Part shown: piece by piece, positions 8,452 to 17,933 of the stretch
Layout of the letters: each line of letters starts with the position of its first letter
Position numbering within the stretch: position 1 is the first letter of the stretch
Origin: Isoptericola halotolerans
GTDB lineage: Bacteria; Actinomycetota; Actinomycetes; Actinomycetales; Cellulomonadaceae
Assembly (NCBI RefSeq): GCF_013149785.1
Contig: NZ_JABEZU010000001.1
Coordinates: 310,001 to 374,000, forward strand
Length of the DNA: 64,000 nucleotides
Reading direction: 5' to 3'
The notes under the pieces: generated by a model
The model's database searches: none
Seen by the model: the letters and a program-made list of their open reading frames with translations, nothing else
What the model was told of the DNA's origin: nothing
Translations under genes and position numbers: made by a program

Positions 8452-9870
8452 GTGAGGACAACGATGTTCCATCCATCCGGCGTGCGACGCCGATCCCGAC
8501 GTCCCGCTCCACGGCTCGTCGCCGGGGCCGCGGCCGCCGCCCTCGCCCTCGCGGGCTGCGCCGGTGCCGGTGCGGTGAGCGGGGACGGGGAGCAGATCGT
8601 CGTCGCCATCGTCTCGAACCCCCAGATGCAGGACGCGATCTCGTTGCAGGAGCACTTCCGCGCCGAGCACCCCGGCGTCGACGTCCGCTTCGTCAGCCTG
8701 CCGGAGAACGAGGCCCGGGCGAAGATCACCGCCTCCGTGGCCACCGGCGGCGGCGAGTTCGACGTCGTCATGATCTCCAACTACGAGACCCCCATGTGGG
8801 CGGAGAACGGGTGGATCGAGAACCTCCAGCCGTACGCCGACGCCACCGAGGGCTACGCGCCCGACGACTTCATCCCGAGCGTCCGCGAGGCGCTGTCGGT
8901 CGACGGTGACCTGTACTCGGTGCCCTTCTACGGGGAGTCGTCCTTCCTCGCCTACCGTCAGGACCTCTTCGACGAACGAGGTCTGGAGATGCCCGAGCGT
9001 CCCACCTGGGACGACGTCCGTGAGCTGGCCGCCGAGCTGCACGACCCCCAGCAGGACTTCTCGGGGGTGTGCCTGCGCGGCCTGGCCGGCTGGGGCGAGG
9101 TCATGGCCCCGATGGGGACGGTCATCAACACCTTCGGCGGGCGGTGGTTCGACGACGGGTGGAACGCGCGCCTCGACAGCCCGGAGGTGCGCGAGGCCGT
9201 GACCACCTATGTGGAGACGGTGCAGCAGTACGGCCAGCCCGGGGCGGCCACCTCCGGGTTCGGGGACTGCCTCACCCGGTTCGCCCAGGGCAACGCGGGG
9301 ATGTGGTACGACGCGACCTCCATGGTCTCCAGCGTCGAGGACCCGGCGTCCTCGAACGTCGCCGGCGACGTCGGTTACGCCCCCGCACCGGTCAGCGAGA
9401 CCCAGGCCGCCGGCTGGCTCTACTCCTGGTCGCTGGCGATCCCCTCGACGAGCGAGTCGAAGGACGCCGCCTGGGACTTCGTCTCCTGGATGACCGACCA
9501 GGACTACATCGAGCTCGTCGGCGAGGAGCTGGCCTGGGAGCGGGTCCCCCCGGGAAGCAGGCTGTCCACCTACGAGATCCCCGAGTACGCCGAGGTCTCG
9601 CAGGCCTACGCCGAGGCGACGCTGACGTCGATGGGCGAGGCGACCCAGGACAACACCATGACCGAGCCGGTGCCGTACCCCGGGATCCAGTTCGTGGGCA
9701 TCCCGGAGTTCCAGGATCTTGGCACCCGGGTCGGCCAGCAGATGTCGGCGGCGATCGCCGGGCAGCAGACCGTCGACGAGGCGCTCGAGCAGGCGCAGGC
9801 CTTCGCCGAGACCGTCGCCGCGACCTACCGGGCCGAGGCCGACGCCGCGTCCACCACCGGAGGTTCCTGA
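8452..9870 (+). CDS. Sugar/polyol ABC transporter substrate-binding lipoprotein (SmoE/MtlE-like)
   Basis: Lipobox LAGC, VPFYGESS, CLRG..GWGE, MWYDAT; the start could be 8464. Confidence 0.9.
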   Translation: MRTTMFHPSGVRRRSRRPAPRLVAGAAAAALALAGCAGAGAVSGDGEQIVVAIVSNPQMQDAISLQEHFRAEHPGVDVRFVSLPENEARAKITASVATGGGEFDVVMISNYETPMWAENGWIENLQPYADATEGYAPDDFIPSVREALSVDGDLYSVPFYGESSFLAYRQDLFDERGLEMPERPTWDDVRELAAELHDPQQDFSGVCLRGLAGWGEVMAPMGTVINTFGGRWFDDGWNARLDSPEVREAVTTYVETVQQYGQPGAATSGFGDCLTRFAQGNAGMWYDATSMVSSVEDPASSNVAGDVGYAPAPVSETQAAGWLYSWSLAIPSTSESKDAAWDFVSWMTDQDYIELVGEELAWERVPPGSRLSTYEIPEYAEVSQAYAEATLTSMGEATQDNTMTEPVPYPGIQFVGIPEFQDLGTRVGQQMSAAIAGQQTVDEALEQAQAFAETVAATYRAEADAASTTGGS

Positions 9871-10826
9871 TGACCACGCTCACCACCCAGGCAGCGAGCG
9901 CGCGTCGCGCGCAGCAGCTGCGGGCCGCACGGGACAAGCACGAGCTGCCGCGCGCGGAGCGCTGGCGCCGCCGGGGCCCGCTGCTGCCGGCGCTCCTCTT
10001 CACCATCGTCGTCACGCAGATCCCGTTCCTGGTGACGATCTGGTACTCGCTGCACTCGCGCAACCTGCTGCGACCCGACTCCGACCTGTTCGTCGGCTTC
10101 GCCAACTACGGGGACATCGTCCGGGACTCGACGTTCCGCGGTGCCGCACTGAACTCGGTCGTCATCACCCTCGGGTGCGTGCTGGTCGCGATGGTCCTGG
10201 GCATCGTGCTCGCGCTGCTGCTCGACCGGCCGTTCCCTGGTCGGGGCGTGGCCCGCACGCTGCTCATCACACCGTTCCTCATCATGCCCGTCGCCAGCTC
10301 GGTGCTCTGGTCCATGGCGATGCTCAACCCGACCTACGGCCTGTTCAACTGGACGCTAGGCCTGGTGGGTATCGATCCCGTGGACTGGACGTCCACCTAC
10401 CCGATCGTCGCGATCCTCATGGCGCTCGTGTGGCAGTGGACGCCGTTCATGATGCTGCTCGTCCTCGCCGGCCTGCAGGCGCAGCCCAAGGACGTCCTGG
10501 AGGCGGCGTCGGTCGACGGCGCCGGGCCGTGGCGCACGTTCACCTGGATCACCATGCCGCACCTGCGCCGCTACGTGGAGCTGGGCGTGCTGCTCGGGAT
10601 CATCTACGTCGTCAACACCTTCGACCAGATCTACCTCATGACGGCCGGCGGTCCCGGCACGGCGAGCGCCAACCTGCCCTTCTACATCTATCAGCGAGCC
10701 TTCCTCGGGTTCGACATCGGGCAGGCCGCCGCGATGGGCGTGGTCGTCGTGATCGCCACGATCTTCGTCGCGATGGCCGCGTTGCGCCTCATCTTCCGCA
10801 GCTTCGACGTCAAGGAGCACTCATGA
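9870..10826 (+). CDS. Carbohydrate ABC transporter permease
   Basis: TGATG overlap with the SBP gene; EAASVDGA loop; WQWTPFM. Confidence 0.92.
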   Translation: MTTLTTQAASARRAQQLRAARDKHELPRAERWRRRGPLLPALLFTIVVTQIPFLVTIWYSLHSRNLLRPDSDLFVGFANYGDIVRDSTFRGAALNSVVITLGCVLVAMVLGIVLALLLDRPFPGRGVARTLLITPFLIMPVASSVLWSMAMLNPTYGLFNWTLGLVGIDPVDWTSTYPIVAILMALVWQWTPFMMLLVLAGLQAQPKDVLEAASVDGAGPWRTFTWITMPHLRRYVELGVLLGIIYVVNTFDQIYLMTAGGPGTASANLPFYIYQRAFLGFDIGQAAAMGVVVVIATIFVAMAALRLIFRSFDVKEHS

Positions 10827-11698
10827 CCACCACCGCACCGGCCACGACCTCGTCGCGGCCCGCCGCGCCCGGTGGTGCGCCGCGGTCGCGCCGCCGTTCC
10901 ACGGGCACGCTCCTGACCGCCCTCACCTGGATCCTCGCCGTCGGGTTCTTCTTCCCGGTCGCCTGGATGGCGATGACGGCGTTCAAGCAGGAGAGCCAGG
11001 CGTCGTCGAACCCGCCCACCTTCTTCTTCGAGCCCACGCTCGACCAGTTCCGTGCGGTGATCGGCGAGTCCGGCACCTACGTGGCGAACTCGCTCATCGC
11101 GACCGGGTTCTCGACGGTGCTGGTGCTGCTCCTCGGGATCCCGGCGGCCTACGCCCTGTCGATCCGCCCGGTGGAGAAGGTCGGCGACGTGCTGTTCTTC
11201 TTCATCTCGACCAAGATGCTGCCGGTCGTGGCGGTGATCGTGCCGATCTACGTCATCGCGGGCCAGCTGAAGGTGCTCGACAACATCTGGACCCTCGTGG
11301 TGCTCTACACGGCGATGAACCTGCCGATCGCCGTGTGGATGATGCGCTCGTTCCTCCAGGAGGTGCCCGCCGAGGTCCTCGAGGCGGCGTCGGTGGACGG
11401 CGCCGGCCTGCTGCGGACCATGCGGTCCGTGCTGCTGCCGATGGTCGCACCGGGCATCGCCGCGACCGCGCTCATCTGTGTGATCTTCGCGTGGAACGAG
11501 TTCTTCTTCGCGCTCAACCTCACGGCGTCGCAGGCGGCGACGGTGCCGATCTTCATCGTCTCGACGATGACGAGCGAGGGGCTGTTCCTCGCCCGGCTCT
11601 GCGCCGCGGCCCTCCTGGCGTCGCTGCCGGTGATCCTCGCGGGATGGATCGCGCAGAAGCAGCTCGTGCGCGGTCTGTCGATGGGCGCCATCAAGTAG
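10823..11698 (+). CDS. Carbohydrate ABC transporter permease
   Basis: ATGA overlap; EAASVDGA; FAWNEFF; C-terminal LVRGLSMGAIK. Confidence 0.92.
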   Translation: MTTTAPATTSSRPAAPGGAPRSRRRSTGTLLTALTWILAVGFFFPVAWMAMTAFKQESQASSNPPTFFFEPTLDQFRAVIGESGTYVANSLIATGFSTVLVLLLGIPAAYALSIRPVEKVGDVLFFFISTKMLPVVAVIVPIYVIAGQLKVLDNIWTLVVLYTAMNLPIAVWMMRSFLQEVPAEVLEAASVDGAGLLRTMRSVLLPMVAPGIAATALICVIFAWNEFFFALNLTASQAATVPIFIVSTMTSEGLFLARLCAAALLASLPVILAGWIAQKQLVRGLSMGAIK

Positions 11699-12359
11699 CG
11701 GGGCGGGGCTCCGGCGGGGCCAGCAGGAGGTCGACGAGGGCCTCGAGACGGCGGTCGGGCGGCGCCGCCCGGTCGCCGGACCGGTCGTCCAGCAGCGCGG
11801 CCCGGCTCGCGGCGTCCTCCGCGGACAGCAGGAGGTCGACGGCGGTCGGGGTGTCGATGACGAGCCGGAGCCCGAGGCTCGCGAGGATGCGGTCGAGCAC
11901 GGCGCCGACCTCGGCGCGGATGCGCCGGTGCTCGGTCAGGTAGAGCGTGGCGACGTCGGGCTCGCGCAGTGCCAGGAGCTCGAACTCGGCGGCCACCAGG
12001 CACCACTGCCGGCGGGCGCCGCCGTCGGGCCGGACGGCCGACATCACGGTGCCCAGCGCCGCGCGGAAGCCCTCCGGGGTGGTGAGGCTGTCGGCGTCGA
12101 TGGTCTCCACGACCTCTTCGAGCGTGCCGAGCTGGCGTTCCGCGTCGCGCTGCATGAGCGCGAGGAACAGCTCTTCCTTGGACGCGAAGTTGGAGTAGAA
12201 CGCTCCACGGGTGAAGCCGGCGGCCTCGCAGACCGCCTCGATGGACGTCGCCTGCATCCCGACCTCGGCGAAGACGTCGAGGGCCGCGTCGAGCAGGCGT
12301 TCCCGGGTGCGCTCGCGGCGGGGGGAGCGCACGGCGGCGGCGTGCTCGGCGGTCGTCAC
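11691..12359 (-). CDS. TetR/AcrR family regulator
   Basis: TRERLLDAA..F..G...SIEAVCEAAGFTRGAFYSNFASKEELF. Confidence 0.93.
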   Translation of the reverse strand: MTTAEHAAAVRSPRRERTRERLLDAALDVFAEVGMQATSIEAVCEAAGFTRGAFYSNFASKEELFLALMQRDAERQLGTLEEVVETIDADSLTTPEGFRAALGTVMSAVRPDGGARRQWCLVAAEFELLALREPDVATLYLTEHRRIRAEVGAVLDRILASLGLRLVIDTPTAVDLLLSAEDAASRAALLDDRSGDRAAPPDRRLEALVDLLLAPPEPRPAT

Positions 12360-12404
12360 GGCAGGGCTCCTCGGTCGGGTGGTGGACCGTGCTGGTCAAG
12401 ACAG

Positions 12405-12440
12405 CACTGTATCGGATACATTCCTGTATCGGATACAGTG
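12405..12440. promoter_or_regulatory. Tandem palindromic TetR operator
   Basis: TGTATCGGATACA at 12408 and 12425; outer arms CACTGTATC/GATACAGTG; lies between divergent tetR and MMPL genes. Confidence 0.75.
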
Positions 12441-12497
12441 CCGTATCGAAGTGCTGCCTCGATCGTCCACCCGCCACACGCTGCCCGGGAGCCACCT

Positions 12498-15368
12498 GTG
12501 TCCTCCGTCCTGTACTCGCTCGGTCGCTGGGCCGTGGACGCACGCCGTCTCGTCGTCGCCGCCTGGGTCGGCCTGCTCGTCCTCACCGGCGCGGGCGGGG
12601 CCTTCGTGTTCCAGGGTTTCGACAACTCCATCACCATCCCCGGCACCGAGTCCCAGCAGGCGCTCGACCAGCTCTCGGCGACCTTCCCGGAGGTCAGCGG
12701 TGCCTCCGCCCAGGTGATCGTCGTCGCACCGGACGGGACCACGGTCGACGACGACGCCGTCCGCGGCCCGGTCGAGGACGCCGCGGACGAGATCGCCGAC
12801 CTGGACGAGGTCGCCGCCGTCGCCACGCCCTACGACGAGCAGGGTGCCTCCCCGGTCAACGACGACGAGAGCGCCGCGATCCTCTCCGTCCAGCTCGACG
12901 GCGACGCCTTCGCGATCAACGACACCACGAAGGACGCCCTCGCGGACATCACCGACGAGCTCGCGCAGGCGCTCCCGGCCGGCTCCCAGGCCGTGCTCGG
13001 GGGCCAGCTGTTCGCCAACGAGCTGCCGCACCTGAGCATCGTCGAGGTGGTCGGCGTCGTCGTCGCCCTCATCGTCCTGCTGTTCACCCTCGGCTCGTTC
13101 GTCGCCGCGGGGCTGCCGCTCGTCAACGCCCTGCTGGGTGTGGGCGTGTCCATGCTGCTGCTGCTCGCCGCCACCGTCTTCGGACCGATCAACTCGACCA
13201 CGCCGATGCTCGGGCTCATGCTCGGCCTCGCCGTCGGGATCGACTACGCGCTGTTCATCGTCTCGCGGCACCAGGAGCAGCTCCGTGACGGGGTCGAGGT
13301 GCGCGAGTCCGTCGCCCGCGCGACCGCCACGGCCGGGTCCGCCGTCGTCTTCGCCGGGCTGACCGTCATGATCGCGCTGGTCGGGCTCGGCGTCGCCGGC
13401 ATCCCGTTCCTGAGCGTCATGGGTGTGGCTGCAGCGGCCGCCGTCGGGATCGCCGTCCTGGTCTCCCTCACCCTGCTGCCGGCCCTGCTCGCCATGGCCG
13501 GTGACCGGCTGCGCCCGCGCCCGCCGAGGCGGCGTGGTGCCCGTCGAGCGCAGCGCGACCGCACCCCCGTGCCCGACCCCACCCACCACAACCGCTTCTT
13601 CGCCGGCTGGGTGCGGGGGGTGACGAAGCGGCCGATCGTGACGATCCTGCTCGTCGTCGTCGCCCTCGGTGCGCTCACCCTGCCCGCCACGAACCTGCGC
13701 CTGGCGCTGCCCGACGCCGGCTACCTGCCGGAGGACACCTCGGCGCGCCAGACGTACGACCTGGTCAGCGAGAACTTCGGGGAGGGCTTCAACGGCCCGC
13801 TCATCGTCACGGGCTCGATCATCACCAGCACCGACCCGCTCGGGCTCATGGACGACCTCGCCGCCGAGATCGAGGACCTGCCCGGCGTCGCCGACGTCCC
13901 GCTGGCCACCCCCAACCCGACGGCGGACACCGGCATCATCCAGGTGGTGCCCGAGGGTGCGCCGGACTCCGAGGAGACCAAGGCGCTCGTCGCGGAGATC
14001 CGCGGGCTGCACGACCACTTCCTCGACGAGTACGGGGTCGACCTCGCCGTCACGGGCTTCACCGCCGTCGGCATCGACGTCTCCGACAAGCTCGGTGACG
14101 CGCTGGTGCCCTTCGGGCTCGTCGTGGTGGGGCTGTCGCTGCTGCTGCTGACGATGGTCTTCCGGTCGGTCTGGGTGCCGGTCAAGGCGACGCTCGGCTA
14201 CCTGCTCAGCGTGGGTGCGGCCTTCGGCGCCGTGACGCTCGTCTTCGAGAACGGCCTGTTCGCCGACGCGATGAACGTGACCAAGCTCGGCCCGGTGATC
14301 AGCTTCATGCCGATCATCCTCATGGGCGTCCTCTTCGGGCTCGCCATGGACTACGAGGTGTTCCTCGTCTCGCGCATCCGCGAGGACTACGTGCACAACG
14401 GCGGCCGGGCACGCCAGGCGATCCTCACCGGCTTCCAGGGGTCGGCGAAGGTCGTCACCGCCGCCGCGATCATCATGTTCAGCGTCTTCGTGGCGTTCGT
14501 CCCCGAGGGGGACATGACGCTCAAACCCATCGCCCTCGGCCTTGCCGTCGGCGTGGCCGTGGATGCCTTCGTCGTGCGCATGGTCCTCGTGCCCGCCGTC
14601 CTGGCGCTGCTCGGCGACAAGGCGTGGTGGATGCCCCGCTGGCTCGACCGTGCCCTGCCGACGTTCGACGTCGAGGGCGAGGGCCTCGCGAAGGAGCTGC
14701 GTCTCACGTCGTGGCCGGGTGACCGCGCCGACGGCCGGGCCGACGCCGTCGCCGTCCGCGACCTCGAGGTCGCCGGCCCGCGCGGCCCCGGCCTGGGTGA
14801 GCCGCCGCTGGTCGGCCCGGTCAGCGTCCGCGTGCCCGACGGCGGCACGCTCGCCGTGCACGGCGACGTCGCCGCCCCGGTGAGCGCGTTCCTGCTGGCG
14901 GTCGCCGGGCGCCTCCACCCCGACGGCGGCGTCGCGAAGGTCGCTGGGCTCGTGCTGCCCGAGAGAGCGCCCGCCGTGCGCTCCCGCGTCGCCGTCGTGG
15001 ACGGGGTGTCGGAGGGCGGCGACCCCGCGGACGCCGTCACCACGGCCGTGCGCGAGGGCGCGAGCGTCGTCGTCGTCGACCGCACCGACGTCGTCGCCGA
15101 CCGCCCGGCCCGCGCGGCGCTCGCCACGGCGCTGGCCGAGGCGCACGCCGCGGGAGCGACGCTCCTGGTCGGGGCGACCGGGGTCGCCGCGACCGACCTG
15201 CTGCCACCCGGCGCGCCGGTGCTCGACGTCGGCGCCGGCTGGGGGGCGCACGCGACCCTGCACGGCGGTGACGTGCCGCCACCGGTGCCCGAGCACGACC
15301 TGACGGGCGACGCCCCACTCGTCACCGAGACCACCGAGACGTCCACCACCGAGGAGGTGCGGGCATGA
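12498..15368 (+). CDS. MMPL (RND) family transporter with C-terminal degenerate ABC-ATPase-like domain
   Basis: GLAVGIDYALF and GLAMDYEVFL motifs, WWMPRWLDR; tail VRDLEV..GPVSVRVPDGGTLAVHG..VVVVD. Confidence 0.9.
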   Translation: MSSVLYSLGRWAVDARRLVVAAWVGLLVLTGAGGAFVFQGFDNSITIPGTESQQALDQLSATFPEVSGASAQVIVVAPDGTTVDDDAVRGPVEDAADEIADLDEVAAVATPYDEQGASPVNDDESAAILSVQLDGDAFAINDTTKDALADITDELAQALPAGSQAVLGGQLFANELPHLSIVEVVGVVVALIVLLFTLGSFVAAGLPLVNALLGVGVSMLLLLAATVFGPINSTTPMLGLMLGLAVGIDYALFIVSRHQEQLRDGVEVRESVARATATAGSAVVFAGLTVMIALVGLGVAGIPFLSVMGVAAAAAVGIAVLVSLTLLPALLAMAGDRLRPRPPRRRGARRAQRDRTPVPDPTHHNRFFAGWVRGVTKRPIVTILLVVVALGALTLPATNLRLALPDAGYLPEDTSARQTYDLVSENFGEGFNGPLIVTGSIITSTDPLGLMDDLAAEIEDLPGVADVPLATPNPTADTGIIQVVPEGAPDSEETKALVAEIRGLHDHFLDEYGVDLAVTGFTAVGIDVSDKLGDALVPFGLVVVGLSLLLLTMVFRSVWVPVKATLGYLLSVGAAFGAVTLVFENGLFADAMNVTKLGPVISFMPIILMGVLFGLAMDYEVFLVSRIREDYVHNGGRARQAILTGFQGSAKVVTAAAIIMFSVFVAFVPEGDMTLKPIALGLAVGVAVDAFVVRMVLVPAVLALLGDKAWWMPRWLDRALPTFDVEGEGLAKELRLTSWPGDRADGRADAVAVRDLEVAGPRGPGLGEPPLVGPVSVRVPDGGTLAVHGDVAAPVSAFLLAVAGRLHPDGGVAKVAGLVLPERAPAVRSRVAVVDGVSEGGDPADAVTTAVREGASVVVVDRTDVVADRPARAALATALAEAHAAGATLLVGATGVAATDLLPPGAPVLDVGAGWGAHATLHGGDVPPPVPEHDLTGDAPLVTETTETSTTEEVRA

Positions 15369-17590
15369 ACCGCGTCAGGCAGAACCCGTGGACGATCGCC
15401 CTCGTCGCCCTGCTTCCCGTGCTGGTGCTCGGCATCCTGCTGGCCGCGCTGTGGAACCCGATGGACCGCCTGGACACCGTCCCGGCCGCCATCGTCAACA
15501 ACGACGAGCCGGTCGAGGTCGACGGGCAGACCGCGCCCCTCGGGCGCCAGCTCGCCGCCGGCCTGGTGGAGGGCGCGGAGGACTCCGACGTCAACTACGA
15601 CTGGACCATCACGGACACCGAGCACGCGGCCGACGGGCTCGCCGACGGCACGTACGCGGCCGTCGTGACGATCCCCGAGAACTTCTCGGCCGCCGCGACG
15701 TCCTTCGGCTCCGAGGACGCCGCCGACGCCCGGCAGGCGACCATCGACATCGCCACGCCGCCCGGTGGCCGGGTGGTCGACGACGCGCTCGCGCGGATCG
15801 TCGCCACCACGGCGACCTCGGTGATGGGTGCGACCCTCACCGAGACCTACGTGGACAACGTGCTCATCGGCTTCAACGAGCTCTCCGACGGGATCGGCGA
15901 GGCGGCCGGTGGCGCCGGCGAGCTCGCCGACGGGGCCGGCGACGCGGCCGACGGCGCCGGAGAACTCTCCGACGGGGCGGGACAGCTCGCCGACGGCGCC
16001 ACCCAGCTCGCGGGAGGTGCGACCGAGGCCTCCTCCGGTGCGTCGCAGCTGGCGGACGGGGCCACCCAGCTCGCCGGGGGAGCGCGAGAGGCCGCCGACG
16101 GGGCGGGACAGCTCGCCGACGGCGCCGGGCAGCTCGAGGAAGCCTCCCGGGCGATCACCGGAGGCATCGAGGAGAGCGCCGACGGCGCGGCGGACCTGGC
16201 CACGGGCGGCTACGAGCTGGCCGACGGCGCCGACGAGGTGGCCGCCGGCGTGCGCGAGCTCGCCGACCAGGCCGCCGTGATCGACGACGAGCTGCCCGCG
16301 ACGGACGAGCTCCAGGCCGGTCTCGACGAGATCGGCGCCGAGCTGCCGACCGCGCTGGCGGACGTCGGTGAGGCGCTCGGCGCGGCCTGGATCATCCTCG
16401 GCTGCGACGTCGCCCCCGGCAGCGAGGACTGCGTGGGTCTCGCCGCGGTCCAGCAGACCCTGGGCTCCGTCGACGTCACGCAGGAGCTCGCCGAGGCCTC
16501 CGACGCGCTCGTCGGGGCCCGCGAGCAGCTCGGCACGCTCGCCGAGGGCACGTCCCAGCTCGCCGACGGCGCCGAGCAGGTCGCCAGCGGCACGCGCGGG
16601 ATCGCCGACGGCAACGCCGAGCTCGGCGACGGGCTCTACGCCCTGGCCGAGGGCAACCGGCAGGTCGCCGACGGCGTCGGTGGGCTCGCCGACGGCGCAT
16701 CGGAGCTGTCCGGCGGCGTCGCACAGCTCGGCACCGGCGCCGACGGGGTCGCGACCGGTGCGTCCGGCCTGGCCGACGGCGTGGGTCAGCTGGGGACGGG
16801 AGCGACCGAGCTCGCCACGGGCACCGGCGGACTGGCGGACGGCGCCGGGGAGCTCGCGGACGGCGTCGGCCAGCTGGCCGACGGCAGCGGTGACCTGGCC
16901 GACGGGCTCCAGGAGGCGGCGGACGGGATCCCGACCTACTCCGACGGGCAGCGGGAGAACCTCGCGACCGTCGTGTCGGACCCGGTCGGCGCCCCCGGGG
17001 TGGACGGCCTCTCGACCGGTGCGACCGGCCCGCTGTTCGCCGTCGTCGCCCTGTGGCTCGGCGCGCTCGGGCTGCTGACGATCTTCCCGCCGGTGGCGGC
17101 GCGAGCCCTCGGCTCGACCCGCTCCGCGCTGCGGCTGACGCTCGGGGCCTTGAGCCTGCCCGCCGGGGTCGGGGCGGGGACCGGTGCCGCGGTCGGGGCG
17201 ATCCTCGCCGGCGTCGAAGGGCTGTCACTCCTGGGCTGGATCGGCACGATCGTCCTCGGCGCGCTCGTCTCGGTGAGCTTCGTGGCCGTCCACCTCGGCT
17301 TCATCGCCTGGCTGGGCAACGTGGGGCGGGGGATCAGCCTGCTCGTCGTGGTGCTGATGATCGGCACCGGCGTCGTGGCGACGGTCCCCGCCGTGTTCGT
17401 GTCCCTGGCGGACGCCCTGCCGACCGGGGCGGCGCGCGACGCGTTCGCCGCCGCCGTCGTCCCCGAGGTCGGCGGGCTCGCCGGCGCGGTGACCGTGGTG
17501 GTGCTCTGGGGCCTCGTGGGGCTGGGCCTGGGTCTGGGCGCGGCGGTCCGCGCCCGCCGGACCCGGGTCGCGGCGCTGCTGCGAGCCTGA
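15365..17590 (+). CDS. YhgE/Pip family membrane protein
   Basis: PAAIVNND, LGRQL, VTIPENFS, long xxxLxxG heptad coiled coil (GAxQLAD), C-terminal TM bundle; ATGA-coupled to the MMPL gene. Confidence 0.88.
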   Translation: MNRVRQNPWTIALVALLPVLVLGILLAALWNPMDRLDTVPAAIVNNDEPVEVDGQTAPLGRQLAAGLVEGAEDSDVNYDWTITDTEHAADGLADGTYAAVVTIPENFSAAATSFGSEDAADARQATIDIATPPGGRVVDDALARIVATTATSVMGATLTETYVDNVLIGFNELSDGIGEAAGGAGELADGAGDAADGAGELSDGAGQLADGATQLAGGATEASSGASQLADGATQLAGGAREAADGAGQLADGAGQLEEASRAITGGIEESADGAADLATGGYELADGADEVAAGVRELADQAAVIDDELPATDELQAGLDEIGAELPTALADVGEALGAAWIILGCDVAPGSEDCVGLAAVQQTLGSVDVTQELAEASDALVGAREQLGTLAEGTSQLADGAEQVASGTRGIADGNAELGDGLYALAEGNRQVADGVGGLADGASELSGGVAQLGTGADGVATGASGLADGVGQLGTGATELATGTGGLADGAGELADGVGQLADGSGDLADGLQEAADGIPTYSDGQRENLATVVSDPVGAPGVDGLSTGATGPLFAVVALWLGALGLLTIFPPVAARALGSTRSALRLTLGALSLPAGVGAGTGAAVGAILAGVEGLSLLGWIGTIVLGALVSVSFVAVHLGFIAWLGNVGRGISLLVVVLMIGTGVVATVPAVFVSLADALPTGAARDAFAAAVVPEVGGLAGAVTVVVLWGLVGLGLGLGAAVRARRTRVAALLRA

Positions 17591-17592
17591 CC

Positions 17593-17808
17593 TCAGCAGT
17601 GCGCGCGCGGGTGCTCGGCCACGCGCCTGCGCGCGCTGCCCTGGTCGTCGGTGGCGTCGTGCCAGCGCGCCACCAGGGCGGCGTCGGCCTGCCAGCGGGC
17701 GCCCTTGTCGAGGTGCGCGACCTGGCGGTACGCCAGCAGCGCCGCGAGGTCGTGGGTCAGTGCCCAGTCGACCGCGGCGCGGACATCGTCGATCGTCGGA
17801 TTCCTCAT
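17593..17808 (-). CDS. Small hypothetical protein (71 aa)
   Basis: MRNPTIDDVRAAVDWALTHDLAALLAYRQ...; GC3-rich codons; fills the gap between two genes. Confidence 0.55.
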   Translation of the reverse strand: MRNPTIDDVRAAVDWALTHDLAALLAYRQVAHLDKGARWQADAALVARWHDATDDQGSARRRVAEHPRAHC

Positions 17809-17933
17809 CACTGGTTGAGAGGGTCGGGACGGCGTTTCGTGACGCGGACCGGGTGAAATTTTTCGGACGAGCGCGTCGACCCGCCCGGCGTGCCGGACCG
17901 TTGCCGCCCGCACGGGTCCGTCAGACTCCCTGC

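Noticed and set aside
15880..16930. Regular ~21-bp repeats that could suggest a CRISPR or tandem array
   Set aside because: They encode the xxxLxxG heptads of the YhgE/Pip coiled coil; there are no unique spacers and no cas genes
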